A DNA stretch of 63,560 bases, counting the filler, from Platydemus manokwari (lineage: Eukaryota), in the NCBI GenBank assembly GCA_037951405.1. It is 5 parts of 5 records of this genome, joined end to end, with 100 filler letters (N's around TTAATTAATTAA, not from the genome) between each part and the next. Parts side by side here need not be neighbours in the genome. Positions count along the whole stretch, not along the records: positions 33,805 to 44,166 come from JBBMOY011140661.1; positions 44,267 to 63,560 come from JBBMOY011944715.1; 3 more parts are not named here. The stretch is one strand, 5' to 3'. The translations under genes were made by a program, and so were the position numbers. The notes below the pieces were generated by a model, which did not search any database, was not told where the DNA came from, and saw only the letters and a list, made by a program, of their open reading frames with translations. Numbering within the stretch: the first letter of the stretch is position 1; every line of letters begins with the position of its first letter. Below are positions 38,901 through 52,426 of the stretch, one piece after another.

Positions 38901-41900
38901 TTTTTTATCTCGAACCAGGCGTGCAATAGAGTCGATGTTAAAATGTTTTCACTTCTTTTTTATTGGATATTGGGAGTGCAAAAGCGTTTTTTTGAAAATC
39001 TTTGTCATAAAGGATTTTTATCTCTATCTCTTTAATCCATCCTATCGGTGAATATCTTAATTTATGTGTTCTTAAAATGTATTTGAAAAATTTACTCATA
39101 ATTCTCCTTCTATTAAGGACTCTAATACAGTCTCTCTGTTATCTCAGAGCTTCTATAACTATCTAAATAAGTTGTTTCATGGGACGATGTTTTTAATCAA
39201 TTTATTTTTTTATCACTTTCAAATTTTAAATTCTTCTAATTCATACTTTTTATTTCTCTTTTCACAATCATATTGATTGATTAGATAATTAATTTTCAAA
39301 ACTTATAATTACTAAAGGAGAGTTCATACAAATATTTAATGAGATCATCTACATAAAACATTCAAATATCAATCATTATACTTCATCAGAAAAACAAAAG
39401 TTCCAATTATCAAATCCATGGGAATCAGCACTCGAATGATATAAACATTGACGGAAATAACAGATCATAAAATACATAGAATCAAAATAATTTCACAAAG
39501 AATTTCGACAGGTTAATTTTCCAGCCATTAAAGACTGGTAGTTGCTCTGTAAATTTAACTCATTTATAGACTTGTAGTGCATGTTGAACTGTTGTTTTAC
39601 AGTCTTGCTTTTCATTCCTTAGGATCGTCTAAAGACTAGCCTGTTGATAGACTTTCTTCTATCTCCCATGTCATTGGTGTATTACATATCGTTGGTACGA
39701 TCAAATTCTAATCATGGGTTGATATTTGGAAACTATCTGATCAGCTACTGGTAAGTGTGCTCGTCGCGCGTGCGCGTATCGATCTTTTGAGGGTTGTCCT
39801 TTAGTCTCTGTGGATATTTAGATCATTTCTGTCACATACTGCGAAATATCATCAACTTGCTTGGTGCTTTACTCATCGTTTATTTGTCTTTTTATCGTTC
39901 AGATCTGTGATTCACATTTTAAGATTCGTTAATGATACTATCAGTAACAACTTAGTTGTTTTTGAATTGAATGATCATTTGAATGACTTATTTCAGTTAT
40001 TATAAACGACAGACCGATTTTCTGAAAATTTTGATTATTGATTATCGCGTATGAGAAATAACTGCTTTGCCTTAATTTTCAAAATTATTCTATCCTTTTT
40101 CTACGACTCGATACCAAATCAATCATTGCTTATATGAATTTTATTGAATCAACATAAGATTTAGGAACAAATATCATAACTTTTCTACCTGTAAGGATTT
40201 ATTGTCGAGGTCTTCAAAAATTTATTTGTTTTACTCATTGCGAATATATCTTGATAGTTTTCAAACGATTGTCAAAAATATTTTGCTAGTTTTTCTAACT
40301 AAATTGTAACATTTAGTCGGTAAATTTCAAAAAACAACAATGATCGATATAAGCACTAAGTGAAGGAATTTACGTATAAATAAGAAATTCAATAATTGAG
40401 AAGTTCAAACTGGAATCTATAGTGGGTTATTTATATGAAGAAGAAAATCTCGGTGATGACTGAAACTAGTGAAGCAAAAACACATGTAAATTTTAGCAAT
40501 TTTTATTCAGTAATTCTTTTTCTGTACTAAATTAAGGTAATAAAAATAGATTATATTCCTTGAGACCAAACGTTACAATAATGCGAACAGAATTCTTTGC
40601 ACAGAATATGAAATATAAATTTCGGCCAGGAAGCTGATTTTATGATAGCAATTAATCTTTAAAAACATTTTCCATTTTGAAGCGACACAAAGTATCGATT
40701 CAAACCAATCATTAACGTCAAAAGCGCTATCTTTGGTAATAATTAAATTCTTTGATAATATATTAATTGTTTTCATTCGAAAATCTTTATTTTAGATGAA
40801 AATTTTCTAATTGTTTTCAAAAAACACAGTATTTATCAAACGTTCAACGAAATTATTGGGGTACATTTGCGATTTTAGGGGTATCTAACTAAATAATATT
40901 AATATAAAAACGAGAAGATTAAGTGTAGTTTAAATCGAAAAATGCCTTTTCAATTCACTTTTGAAACCAAATTCTTTTCTCTTCGTGGAGATACACAAAT
41001 TCTCTTTATGATGAATCAGCAATTGCCGATGCACAATGTTCTATGAAATGACAATGAAATTTTAAAGATTTAATTTCGAATAATGCGCGTTCGTTTTCGA
41101 TGCGCGTTTTATAAAATAGTAGCGGCTAACAATCACAACATCGTGATTTGTTGTTGTTGACAGATACTGAGTGGTGAATATTTTTTGGACTTGCTATTCG
41201 AAGCTAATCATTACATTAGAAGCTTTTGATTATCATATACGATTAACTTTCCGTCGGTAATGATAGTCTGTTCAGAAAGATTGTCTAAACAGAACATGCA
41301 AGATTTTTGAGAATCCTTTTAAAAGTATGAGGACCATTTGTCGCATTTTTTAATCCTATCGATAAAACTAAACTTTCTCAAATATTCACACAAAATCGTA
41401 GAACTAATACTGACAGAAATAGAAATGAATTCATCGTCACTTTTGCTTTAAATAATCGATATATTTAAAAGCCGGATACTGTTTGTAAGTATATGTACAA
41501 TACAACTATCTGATTCCTGGTACTCAGTCTGAGGATCGCTGTTTAACAGGGATTATGGAGTTATGAAAATGGTTTGTGATATTTGTAAGTTCAAGTTCAA
41601 ATTGATTTTTAAGGGCTCCGGAAAATGTGTTCTAAACTTACTTTAGAGTTTACATGTTAATGAAAGAAGTTGAATAAATCAAATGTTGATGAAGGATTGA
41701 TTAAATGAGGTTTGGAAGAAAATAAAAGTCGGTTTCTTTAATACAGAATCGTTATAAATATATAGATCGTGCCTTGATTATTTGTTAGAAATGGTAAGGT
41801 AATGGTAACAAGATGTTCTAAAATAATTCTCATAATTTCTGATTTAAATATTCTTGCCGACAAACCTATAAAAAAATATTTCGATGTGAATTCGAGAACA

Positions 41901-44166
41901 AGTCGATGGTTTATTATTGGGTTTAATTACATCAGAATTTAAGATCTAAATAAAGATTTAAGAAATCTAAAATCATTAAAAAATATCAGGATTCCCATGA
42001 TATATTTCATATAAAGAAGTCAACGGATTTCACAATAATAGAGATCAAACAAAAGCTTTTATTTACTATTTTTAAATAAATGAATTTCGAAGAGTACATA
42101 TTTTGAATTTTTACAAAAACAATTCTGACAATATATTTTTAACTCCTATTTTATCATCTTATATTTCTTTTCCTTGTATAATCACACATTTACACACTAG
42201 ATTTCAGGATAAAAAGATTTTAACAAATATCTAATTTAGATCAGAAATTAAGAAACGAAATGATCACACAATCATTCTGTAATGAAAACAATATATTCAT
42301 CAGTGCCAATCTTGAGATAAGATATATCTATTATTTTAATTAAAATTAATAATTATCGCAAAACCCTTATCTGCTTTACATATCAGATACATGCCGAAAA
42401 ACGTGTACCTTTGTTTAAAATAATCTTTGTAGAAAAACATATTAAAAAAAATTAAATGATAATAATTTTATTTTAAAATACATGAAATTATTCCCATACT
42501 TCCACAATCGAAAAAATTCAATATACACACTTACAATATAATTACGACAAATCAAAATCATCAGGTACAGATATTTGAAACGTCATTAAAACGTCATTAA
42601 TTGGTATTTAAAATCCTAAATCTAGAAATAAATAACGAAATGCATCATTAATCGTAACTCAATAGAGTGGTTTGCAAATTAATGAAAACCGACTGCGGTA
42701 ATTTTTATTTTTTAATTTCGAAATATAATTTTTTTTTATTTAAAATAAATTTTTAATTAATTCAATGGAATATCATAATTTTTGATGGGAATTTTAATTA
42801 ATAAAATATATAATTTGAATATTAAAATAAGTTGGGTTGAAATTTGTTTAATTATTTAGTTTTTTAGCTAGACAATGATTTTAAAATTGTTAATAATATT
42901 TTGGTTTAAATGAAGAAAAGGGTCCTTTGATATAATTTTAATGTAATGATTTTGCGTTCATTATTTAATTTCAAAATTTATTTATATCCATATTTTTATC
43001 ACATTTTAACTTAAAATTCAATTATAGATGATAAAAAATAAACACAGTTAAATGAAGTCAGATTAACTAGAATCATACATTTATGTAGATTCAAGATTTT
43101 CAGAATAAATGTCTTTGTTATCCGGATTCTAGGATTATTGCCACATTTCGACTTTGAAATTGAATAAAGAAATCATAAAATTTTACGATTTTTTGTCATC
43201 TTGTGAAGGTTTATTCAGTTACATAATTCAGCTGATAGTTTATATTTTAAAAGGCTGAAAAGAGACAAAGCAGAATTGCTAAACCAAGTTCCAATTCAAA
43301 TAAAAACAGATCATTTTCGAATTTTTAAATTTACATTCTTTTAATTATAAATCGAGTCGGTAACATAATTTATAAAAAATTGTAAACATTTAGACTATAT
43401 CTCAATTTGATTCTAATGTGGATAATTAATTCTTGTTAGCTATTTAAAAGAATTTTCTTACTATAGTAATCATTCGAATGAGATTTCCATTTTATTACAT
43501 AGAGCAGTAATAATAATATTATTGTATTAGAAATATTAATAATATTTATAAGTATCACGTGTCGAGTAAATTTAAATTAGTAAAGAGTACAAAAATAAGT
43601 TTTAAAATGCTATTGAACAATATTCAATGAACAACATAACGAGATGAATTATAGTAAGATTTGGTGGTTCAGAAGAATAAATAAGGAAAAAAATCGCTAA
43701 AATCAATTGACTACTTTTAAAGTAAAATAAAATAAAACATTAACATTTAAAAAGACAAATAATTAATCAATCAAATACCAACAAGTTATATTGTGCCTTC
43801 AAAACGAGTATATAAACAAAGTGCTCCATCTAATTGCAGAACAGCAAGAGACAGTCTCTTGGGAAAATGTGTGCGATGAAAAGCGAAAACTCTTGAAGCG
43901 ATTGTATTTCTGCTGAAAAAGTTATTTGTTGAAAAAGAAAATTTATTATATAAAATATAGTTGAGAATGCCGATTGTCGGAACCAAGTGAATAAGGAATT
44001 GTAACAAAGCTCTTCAAGCAATCTTACAATTTTTGAAAGTACATTTATAATAATATATGATAAGTCTATTTCTTACTATCCTTTAAGAAAAACCTTATGA
44101 AAACTTCGACGATGTTCACCACCCATAGTGCAAGATAAAAGAATACAAATCTAGTTTGTACGCTTT

Positions 44167-44266
44167 NNNNNNNNNNNNNNNNNNNNNNNNNNNNNNNNNN
44201 NNNNNNNNNNTTAATTAATTAANNNNNNNNNNNNNNNNNNNNNNNNNNNNNNNNNNNNNNNNNNNN
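44167..44266. other. Artificial contig linker
   Basis: N44-TTAATTAATTAA-N44. Confidence 0.95.
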
Positions 44267-44399
44267 ATGTTTAAATGATTTGGTAAAACAAAAACTTTAA
44301 ACAACTAAAAAACATGAATAACTTTTGACTCAGCCTAATATAAGACGAGACTTAAAAGATAAAATTTGAAAACAGATAAAGGTTTCTTTCATGGAGAAC

Positions 44400-45100
44400 T
44401 GCTAGCAGCTGTAAGAATATCAAATAAGAAACCCATGAGAAAAGAAACAGTACAGAAAATGCCAATGCGAATCCCAGTCTCAAACTGTTGTATTCATTAA
44501 ATACGAAGCCGCAAATTCGTTTATGTTGATGAGGCATAACCGAACAATGCATATAATGACAAATGCCGAATTTAATGTACATCTTGACAAAAAATGCCAT
44601 TTCATAAAATTGAAGCAAAAGGTGGACATTTAAATCGTAAATGAAAGGAAAAGTACCATCTTGAGGACGTATAAATATTTTCCCATTCACAAAAGAAGAA
44701 TATAGATCAATATATAGAATTGAGGAAATAGTTATACAATATCATGCCTTTTATATTTTCTAAAGACTCACAAGGTATACACATTGTTGAAGTTCAGATG
44801 ATATAACAAATTATTACTATTCCTTTTCCAACATCTGGAGTACTAAAAATTTTAATGAAAGGTAGAATTATAATTGGATGGTCTTGCGAGGTCAAACCCA
44901 TAACAAATTCTTTGCTTAAATCCTGTAGGAAAGGCTGAAGATTTCAAAGTTTAAGATATCGATAAAGAAGAAACAAAAGCCAAATATGTAAAGTAAGAAA
45001 TCAGGATCCATTACCTCAAGAATTACATCGTGACAATTGGAAAAACAAGAATATTTTCTGAAAGACAATCTTCATAATACATATTCAGTCATATTAGCCA
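44400..45100 (+). mobile_element. Highly decayed Gypsy-like reverse transcriptase relic
   Basis: Ordered fragments QIRLC (~44515), YNIMPF (~44735; cf. YxxMPFGL), LNP (~44915) and DID...KA. Many stops. Confidence 0.4.
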
Positions 45101-46433
45101 TTAAAGCGATCTAAAGGAGATCATAATTTTATTTTTGGCTTATTTTATTTACATTGATTTGATTAAAAGATATGTTTGGTGAACTACTTGAAAAGATATA
45201 AGATGTTTGAAAATTATTTTGAAAAAATGTTTTATTGTGGGATTTATTGTGTTGAAATAATTTGTAAATTATTTTCATAAAATAATTATGAACATCGACA
45301 AAACTTGAGCAAAATCCATAATTTATTTTTCAAATATCTAACTACAAGTTGATTTTAACTCATTAGTAACTCATTTTAAATATTTATATTTCGAGTCGAA
45401 TGTCTTTTCAAGTGTACATCCTATTTTAATATTGATTGCAGATTCGATATTGAGAACTCTACCTTTTAGAATACATTTTAGAAAGCAATGTAAAATGTTT
45501 TTATGTTTAGAGTTTAGATTGCGGGAAGTGTACACATTCATTCTCTAAATAGCTTTGGGCCGACTGAACCGATTTTGACAAATGATATGTCAAACCTTGT
45601 GACATTTTTCGAATAATGAATTATGTATAGGTAGCGGTTGAAGTACTCAATGGTTATTGATTTAATTATTCGTGAACTCACATTTTCATTAATATTTTAA
45701 CTGACAGATAAATTTGAGAAGAAATGATTTCTACAATGGAAACATGAATCAGATCACTTGATTTGATGTGTGGTGCCATTTAGCACTTTTATCCTAACAA
45801 GAATTAAACACACACACACACATGCCCTTAAAAACCTTATAAGTTATTCTTTGTAAAAATAAACAGCAATTTGACAAATTCTCCGCTTTTTTCTAGCGAC
45901 CGCTCTGTATATAATTCCTAAAATATTAATGCAAATCAAATAATGCCAGAGCATTAAAATAAGAAATCGGATTATTATCAATACACATTTCGCGATAACT
46001 TTAAATAAGCTCATGGGGAGAATGACAACAAAGGTCAATATTATACTTTAAAATCTGATTGCAGTCACGTGATGATATGTTTTAACATCGTTATGGTTTA
46101 ACATCAAATCCTAATCAAATCGGTTGTTAGATTTAATCAATATTTTTTTATCTGTTTATCAAAAAAATTCAATAAATTTCAATATTATCATGATTATCAA
46201 TAACCTTGACAACATCATAATGAAAATAAATTCGATATTGAATTTCAAAAATTGATTGATTTGTTTATTTGAATCAATATAAATTTTATCTATTTCAAAT
46301 AAATCAGGAATAATTTGTGAGGTAATAATTTACTATCCAATCTTTTTACATTTTCATCTATTTATCAACATATCTACTCACATGCGCACACACACACAAA
46401 TATATATAGTTTCTATGGTAATTTTTAGACCGA

Positions 46434-48039
46434 ATGGCCGATCAACATTTCGACAAAATGTGGACAATTATGAGACAATATAATTTAGAAATCTCTGATA
46501 ATGCAAACGCGAATTATAAATGCACTATTTGCAGAAATATTCTTGTCGAAGCGTGTAATGCACCTTGTCTCTGTTTGTTTTGCAAGCAGTGTGTAAATCA
46601 ATATTTAGAAGATGGACCAAAGACGTGCCCAAGGGGAAAAGAATTTTGTGGAGAAGAGCTTCTAAATATTGATAAGAACATTCAAATCAATTCAGAAATC
46701 AATTATAGAATATCGAAACTACAAACAAAATGCTCCAATGCAAGTTGCGAATCAATAGTAGAATTGATATCCATAGCAGATCACTTACTGGATTGCACAA
46801 AACAGCCTCAACAATGCCCAATGTTTAGTCTAGGTTGTACAGAAGATAAATTAATGAATGATAATGTGAGAGATCACTTATTAAATGAGATTTATTCTCA
46901 TACAAAACTATTGATAAATCGGATGAATAATTGCTCAAATGAAATTGAATCGTTGAAAAAAGAAATTCATAAATTATCATTAAAAAATATCGACCTGGAA
47001 AACCAATTGATAACAGATAAACAAGAAACACAAGTAAAATCGATACTTGTCAAATAATATTTTGCTATTGAAAGATATTTTAGAAAATCGTTGAAGATTT
47101 ACAAAGGAAGGAAAAGAAGAATTTGGAAGAAATTGAAATTTTGAATGAAGAAATGGTGTTTTTGAAAAATGAGAATCGATCGATGAGAGACGAGCTGAAA
47201 GTAATTAGAATTGATAAGGTAGTGATATTGACGATGAAATTATTTAATAAAAAAGTTGTGATTTATTTTCTTTATTCAGAATTCGATTTTCAGTACGAAA
47301 ATCGATAATTGTGGCAATGAAACAAAGCATTTGAAAGCAAAAACGGAGGAGCAAACGAAAGATATTGAACATCTAAAATGTCAATGTAAACAGTTAGAAA
47401 CGAGATGCGATAAATTTTGTCAAGAACAAATGGATAAGATTGAGGTTATTTTGATTATTTGAAAATAATACTGACTGTTATTGTGCTTTTCAGAATTTGC
47501 TATTGGAAACAAATAAAGCTCAGTTGATCTCAGAGAAATGTATCGATCGGAAGGAAGAAATGAACGAAGAGACACAAAGCACAAGACATTTCGAATGGAA
47601 AATCAGTAATTTTTCCGACGCATTAATACGATTGAGAAAAAGCAAAGAAAAATTTTTCAGTGATCCATTTTTCTCCCATTTAAATGCCTATAAAATGTGT
47701 CTCACTTTGTGGCTTGGATACGATGATCATTTGTGGATATCTTTCTGCATTTTGAGAGGGCCATTCGATGATAATCTCAAATGGCCTTTTGATCGAAATG
47801 TCGAGCTGGTTGTGATCAATCAAAATAATGGACTGGCTCACGAAACGACAACTATAAAATGTTCCAAATATTGTGATGATGCCTTTTATAATCAAGCATT
47901 GCAGAAGCCAACAAGTGGAAGAAATGAAATATTTGTTTATCACTGGCTGTCGATCAAGCCTTCTGAAATATTGAGAAATCCTCAATTGATTGAAAATAAT
48001 CAATTATTGATTAAAGCTTATATCGAGCATCGGAAATAA
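46434..48039 (+). CDS. TRAF-like protein (RING, TRAF zinc finger, coiled coil, MATH); exons 46434-47033, 47084-47218, 47280-47444, 47494-48039 (481 aa)
   Basis: RING CTIC...CLCLFCKQC...CP, zinc finger C...C...HLLDC and CP...GC...HL, heptad-rich middle, MATH motifs FEWKISNF, FFSDPFFS...YKMCL, ILRGPFDDNLKWPF and IENNQLLIKA. Three phase-0 GT-AG introns (50, 61, 49 nt). Probable 5' UTR intron 46322-46428. Confidence 0.93.
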
Positions 48040-48669
48040 TTTCCAACTATTCCAACTCTTATTTATTTTGATGTTTCGTAATTAATAAATATATCGGTGA
48101 CTTCATCAAATCAATAATTTATTCGTTGATTTCCATCAATCAAATCGAAACCATCCAATTATCAGTTGAAATCTTAATTTCAATTCTGTATTTTCTATAT
48201 CAAATATCTTCGATTTGTAACCTAATTTGATCTCACAATAAGTCATTCTATGGTCCATGTCTCTACTCTTTGATATCATTCATCTACATTTGATGTCCTC
48301 AACGTAAAAACTTAAATGATATGAGACAATATTTTGTTCGAAAGTTTGAAAATATGAACCTTTAATTCCATATAAATTGATTCCGAAAATCTATTTTACT
48401 TTAACCATATGGAATTATCCAATGAAAACTCATATTAACATTTATTTATTGATTAAATTGAAAAATATTAAACCAATCGATATATTTTTAATTATTATTC
48501 GGTACTCTGAATAAAGAGAAAATTAAAAAAAACATTTTTCAAATTCCTTTGCCAGTTATTTAAACAAAAAAGTCATATTTTAATTAAAAATAAAATAAAA
48601 TTTATAATTCTATGAAATTTATAATTCTTAAGATTCTAGTAAATCAAACGATTTACATTCAAATGGTAA

Positions 48670-50600
48670 CATGACGACATGGTCACACTCGAACAGAATA
48701 GGGGATAAATCTCAGGTTCAGTTAAAGGCAGGAACTGAAGGAATAGTGGGAAACAAAAGATAAAACGAAATGTCACATTCATTCGACATTTTATTACTAC
48801 ATAAATGTGTTTATTGATTTGAGTTAAGAGAATTATATGAATTCAGAGCAGTGCTTTCTGTAATTCTTGAAGGAGGAAGAGCAGCATTTTTCAGGTTTTA
48901 ATCAGTTCAAGTATTCGATACGAAACTCATGAGCTGGATTTGAATTGGTTAGAACTGACTCATTGACTGCTTCGGTATCGTCTAAGTTTTTTTTACAAAT
49001 CTAATGGCTTTGAATTACCTTCAAAGCTCGTGAAATAATGAAAATTCTTAAATTCATGAGAGATAAAGGACAACATAAATTTTCGGCTTTGTACTTTGTA
49101 ATGTCAAGAACGTTATACATGGTGAGTGTTAAACAATCAAAACTTGGAAAATTCTGAAGACAAGTCAGTCTCAAATAACCAAAGTTCGAAATAAAAAACA
49201 TTCTTACAATCAACTGACAAGAAAATATGGGAATTGGATAGAAGTTGTAAGGATTCATTGAATAACAGCTTTGAATTATAATTATAGCAGATACAGAAAT
49301 ATAATAACTATTGAAAGTGGAACAAAGGGGATATGAAAGCAAATGAATGGAATGCCAGATACAGAAACTAATTTATTGTATATGAGGATAGCAGAAATGT
49401 CTACAATCAAAGCAAAATTAGCAGGAACTAAAATCAAAACATTAGAAGCTTTATTTCTTATATTATTCGGTACTGAAATGATAAGCTCCGCAATACTCAT
49501 AGAGTCTAGAGATCAAGATTTCGATCGAGTGCCAGATACACAAATAAAAATGAATTATATAGAGACAAAGACAGGTATGTATCGGCCAGGTTTTCTTTTC
49601 ATCACAATTCGCGCCAAATGTTCCTTACAAAATTAATTTCGTGACAAGCTATCTACTCTCTTCAAACAATGTAATATTAAGGTCGTTATTTTTTATTAAG
49701 TGGGTCAAGTTTGATTACAGAAATTGGATAGTATTCACAACAATTGATGTCGAAAATCCAAAATTATATAAAAACTCAAAATTTCTGGCGATTTAATAAA
49801 ATCGATCTTCACTTATTATCTCAAAATAAATATGTAAAGAACTGCTGCATAGAGGCCTCGTTGATGTTATGCTAATTTTTGCTGAAATTATTAACATTTT
49901 TTAATCGATGGTTGAATGGAAATGGAAATGCATGGTATGAAAAATATCGAAGAGTGATTGGTGAAGCGAGAAGTGAAATTATATAAATGAGTTATATATT
50001 TGAGTTTTAGACAAAGCTTATTCCCATTATTGTGAGTTCCATAGATGACGCAGACTCAAATATCCGAAGTTGAAAATCAAAACCTTCTTATCCTCGGGTG
50101 GCAAGAAGAAATGTGAAAGAGATGAATGTAGGAAAAAATAACTTGAGAAATGAAAATTATAAAGGCATAAATCATTGGAATTTGAATAAAGAAAATAGAA
50201 AACCTAGTGAATAGAATGTGAAACAGAAATAAATTTAATAAATGTGATAATAACAGGTATTAACAAAGTCAAAATATAATTGGCAGAAGCTGGAATCAAA
50301 ACATTAGAAACTTTATTGATTAGAGATAAAGAAATTTGAATAACAAGTGGCTCAGGACCTACTGAGTTTGGGAGGTAGAAACATTTGATAAAAATCGGAA
50401 TTTTAATATAAACATATGTTAAATATATGTTTGATTTTGGAAATTTTATATTAGCTGTCACTGTTCCAAAGGAGTTCCGTAACACTTATGAAGACGATGT
50501 CACGGAAATAATAACTGGATCTATCTTAAGGAAGCCAAAGTATTACAAAAGATAGTTCGATGGGATTTAAATTTCTATGCCTTCAAGCTTGGGTTTAGTT
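48670..50600 (+). mobile_element. Decayed LTR-retrotransposon gag/protease relics containing a duplicated segment
   Basis: CA-TGGTCAC PBS-like site near 48676. Related segments at ~49342-49455 and ~50206-50320 (AATCAAAACATTAGAARCTTTATT) resemble the run-in to a retropepsin motif. Confidence 0.35.
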
Positions 50601-50799
50601 TCGCTATAAAGAAACAAATTATTAATTGTAGTTGATGAACACATCTATCTCTATAGTGGTTCAAATAAAGAAAATCAATATTTGAGAAATAAAATATAAA
50701 ATTTCTAAATTACAGACTTATTAAAATTATTTTGGACAACATTATTACAACGTGTTTTTCATAAAATAATAATTTGGAAATTGCATTGATTGAGTCACA

Positions 50800-51200
50800 A
50801 ATTTATTTATCTGTTGCCAAACAACAAGATAAATAATCGACAAGAAATCATTAAATTTTTCATCCAAGAAAATCAATCAGTGATCAGTTTAAGACTATTT
50901 TAGATGCTCAATTGAAGATTTGATCTGTAATTGATTGTTTGCAATCAATTATGAATCTCTATATTTTTGATGAATCGATTGAGAGACAAACATCATAAAC
51001 GAGTCTTGTATTATGAGTGATCTCGCATTATCAACGAATGACCCCTCAAAATGCAGAATAAATCATCATCCAAAATCGAGAAAGATTTTAAAGATATTTT
51101 TGTTGGAGAAAAATGAATCACTGAAAATTGTCTTATTTTTACTTGTTACATTTGAAACCCTTAAAGTATATCTCGACTTTCAATCGTTTCTCTGTTTCTG
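50800..51200 (-). pseudogene. Inverted TRAF-like paralog relic (MATH exon)
   Basis: The minus strand has TTTTCAGTGATTCATTTTTCTCC and TTCTGCATTTTGAGGGGTCATTCGTTGATAAT, matching 47654-47775 of the intact gene. It translates RYTLRVSN...IFSDSFFS...FKIFL, then stops, then FCILRG/SFVDN. The left boundary is approximate. Confidence 0.8.
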
Positions 51201-51996
51201 CTCCGAGAATGCTGGGCGGTACCTTACCATGACCCAAATATATATAACGGAAATTTAGATTTTTTATTGGTGTCGTATTGCTAATATTAAGAAAAAATGA
51301 TAATAATTATAATCATCATTATTGTATTATCAGTGTATCTTTCTTATAATGAGTTCACTTTCGATATTATTAAGCAACCGAGCGAAGCACATTGAGCTAA
51401 CAACCAAGGCGTAATAAAACGGTTTCAAACTGTAATAAAAAAGAATTTAGGAAATATTAGAGAGTTAAATAAACCTAACAAGTGTTTCAAATGTGTAGGG
51501 TCGGGATGGTCTCTTAGAAAATAACTTTTCCAAGTTAATTACTAAACACCCCTTTGAAAGGAAAAACCTAGCTCAATTATTTATAATAAATTAATAAAAA
51601 TGTTGTTAATCACGAAATCATTTAATTCTTTCAATTCATGCTTTAAAGACAATTTAAATTGTGTTATTATTTTTCTATTGGTCAAATATAAATTTTTAAT
51701 TTGTTAATAATTAAAAAAACTTAATTTTCCATGATTTTTCAATTGATAACTGAATTAGTTGAGTGCCTTAAAAACATAAGTTTTTTAAAAAATCAAATTA
51801 GTCACCAATGAAGCTTAAAATAGTTTAAAATATATTAAAATTCACATAATAAATTATTGAATAGATATTTTGTTTTGTTTTACGGAACCAAAGTTTATAG
51901 CAACTTATAATGGACAAATTAAATTTTTCAAGTCGATTATATAAATTGTTACTTAACCGACAAAAGTAGAAATAATATATATTTATATTTTAACTT

Positions 51997-52426
51997 ATGG
52001 CTGTCGGAACTGGAATAATAGTGATAACGGTTTTATGGACAATTGCATTCATTTTATGTTTAATTTTCTTCACAAGCAACAAAGTGTAAGAAATTTGATG
52101 GATTTGTAGATTAAGAATTAACTTCAACATTAGCTACTTGAAATGGTTGATAATTCCAGTGATTCTGATAGTGGGCGCCATAACATTGATTTTATTTTAT
52201 ATTCCATTAACCAAACGAGATGAAATACTTGTCGACAATCGGGTAATTTAATCAATTCTAATTTATTATTTTTATCCACTTTCATTAGGCAATCATCGAT
52301 TATGAATTTTTGGCTCGAATCATCTTATTAATTATATTAGTTTTGACCATTTTTTATCAGTTTGTTTTGTATATTTCTTATACTCTTTTTCCAAAAAAGG
52401 TGGCGAAACCGCTTCGAGCGACCTGA
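51997..52426 (+). CDS. TMEM218: Transmembrane protein 218 (ciliary transition zone); exons 51997-52085, 52134-52242, 52289-52426 (111 aa)
   Basis: Spliced product MAVGTGIIVITVLWTIAFILCLIFF...IVGAITLILFYIP...IIDYEFLARIILL...KVAKPLRAT has three TM helices and the VGxG..LW..LC, IxD.F..R..LL and AKPL motifs of TMEM218. The 48- and 46-nt GT-AG introns keep the frame. Confidence 0.88.

Noticed and set aside
36540-41485. In-frame stops in exon-like segments as evidence of stop-codon reassignment
   Set aside because: The four intact genes use the standard code with no internal stops, and the relics also contain frameshifts.
12020-44222. Recurrent TTAATTAATTAA palindrome as a biological repeat
   Set aside because: Always centred in N runs of fixed length, so it is an assembly linker.
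45545-45600. CTGAACCGATTTTGA motif reminiscent of Helentron/DINE-like elements
   Set aside because: Only a short motif, with no termini or hairpin to support a call.
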